Shown: positions 34,122 to 34,476 of the stretch, one piece after another
Layout of the letters: every line of letters begins with the position of its first letter
How positions within the stretch are numbered: the first letter of the stretch is position 1
Source: Jimgerdemannia flammicorona
Lineage: Eukaryota
Assembly: GCA_003990765.1 (NCBI GenBank)
Contig: RBNJ01000274.1
Coordinates: 1 to 34,476, forward strand
Direction: 5' to 3'
DNA length: 34,476 nucleotides
Position numbers and translations under genes: made by a program
Notes under the pieces: model-generated
Told to the model about the DNA's origin: nothing
What the model saw: only the letters and a program-made list of their open reading frames with translations
Database searches by the model: none

Positions 34122-34234
34122 TTCAACATTGTCTAAATTCTTGGACATTGTCTAAATTTTAGACATTATCCAAATTGAATACCCTGATTTAGTATAGCAT
34201 TTAGACATTGTCCAAATATTTTGACAAAGTCCAA
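34122..34234. repeat. Five copies of a 15-bp palindromic motif (consensus TTRGACATTGTCYAA)
   Basis: Copies start at 34122, 34141, 34159, 34201 and 34220. Confidence 0.75.
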
Positions 34235-34476
34235 ATGACTCATTTATTACTTAGCCACCCTCTCATAGCTAGTAAACTTGTACAGTATGTTCCAAAACTG
34301 AACCAATGTTTCATTAAATTTTATATTTTAATTATTTAAATAAAAATACTCTAAATAAATATATTTTATATTATAATATATTATAGTTTTATATTAGAGA
34401 TATTTAAAAATATTAAATTTATTGTTTTTAAATTTTTATTTTATCTTTAAAAAAAAATCTAAAAAAAAAAATTTAT

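Overview
Eukaryotic, most likely fungal (inferred), AT-rich and CpG-depleted transposon graveyard with no recognisable intact host gene. Element A (780-19259, minus strand) is a Ty3/Gypsy LTR retrotransposon with ~440-bp LTRs. Its RT is interrupted by chromovirus C (3941-16111, plus), and C's dUTPase is in turn interrupted by a same-family copy D (5683-11749). A decayed, intron-containing Plavaka-type DNA transposase (~19740-32800, plus) is split by element B (21067-29804, minus, relative of A, ~1.8-kb LTRs) and by a B-related solo LTR (30313-31829). A truncated A-family 5' end follows (~32855-33732). Most notable points: (1) B LTRs carry a reconstructable 262-codon gene of unknown function in U3, and an apparent homologue sits in the env position of A; (2) both Gypsy lineages encode a dUTPase but at different positions (NC-dUT-PR in C/D, PR-dUT-RT in A/B); (3) in A and B the integrase appears to be a separate ORF whose start overlaps the RNase H stop. 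All coding regions are pseudogenised, mostly by C>T/G>A changes and small deletions. Translations and alignments were done by eye.
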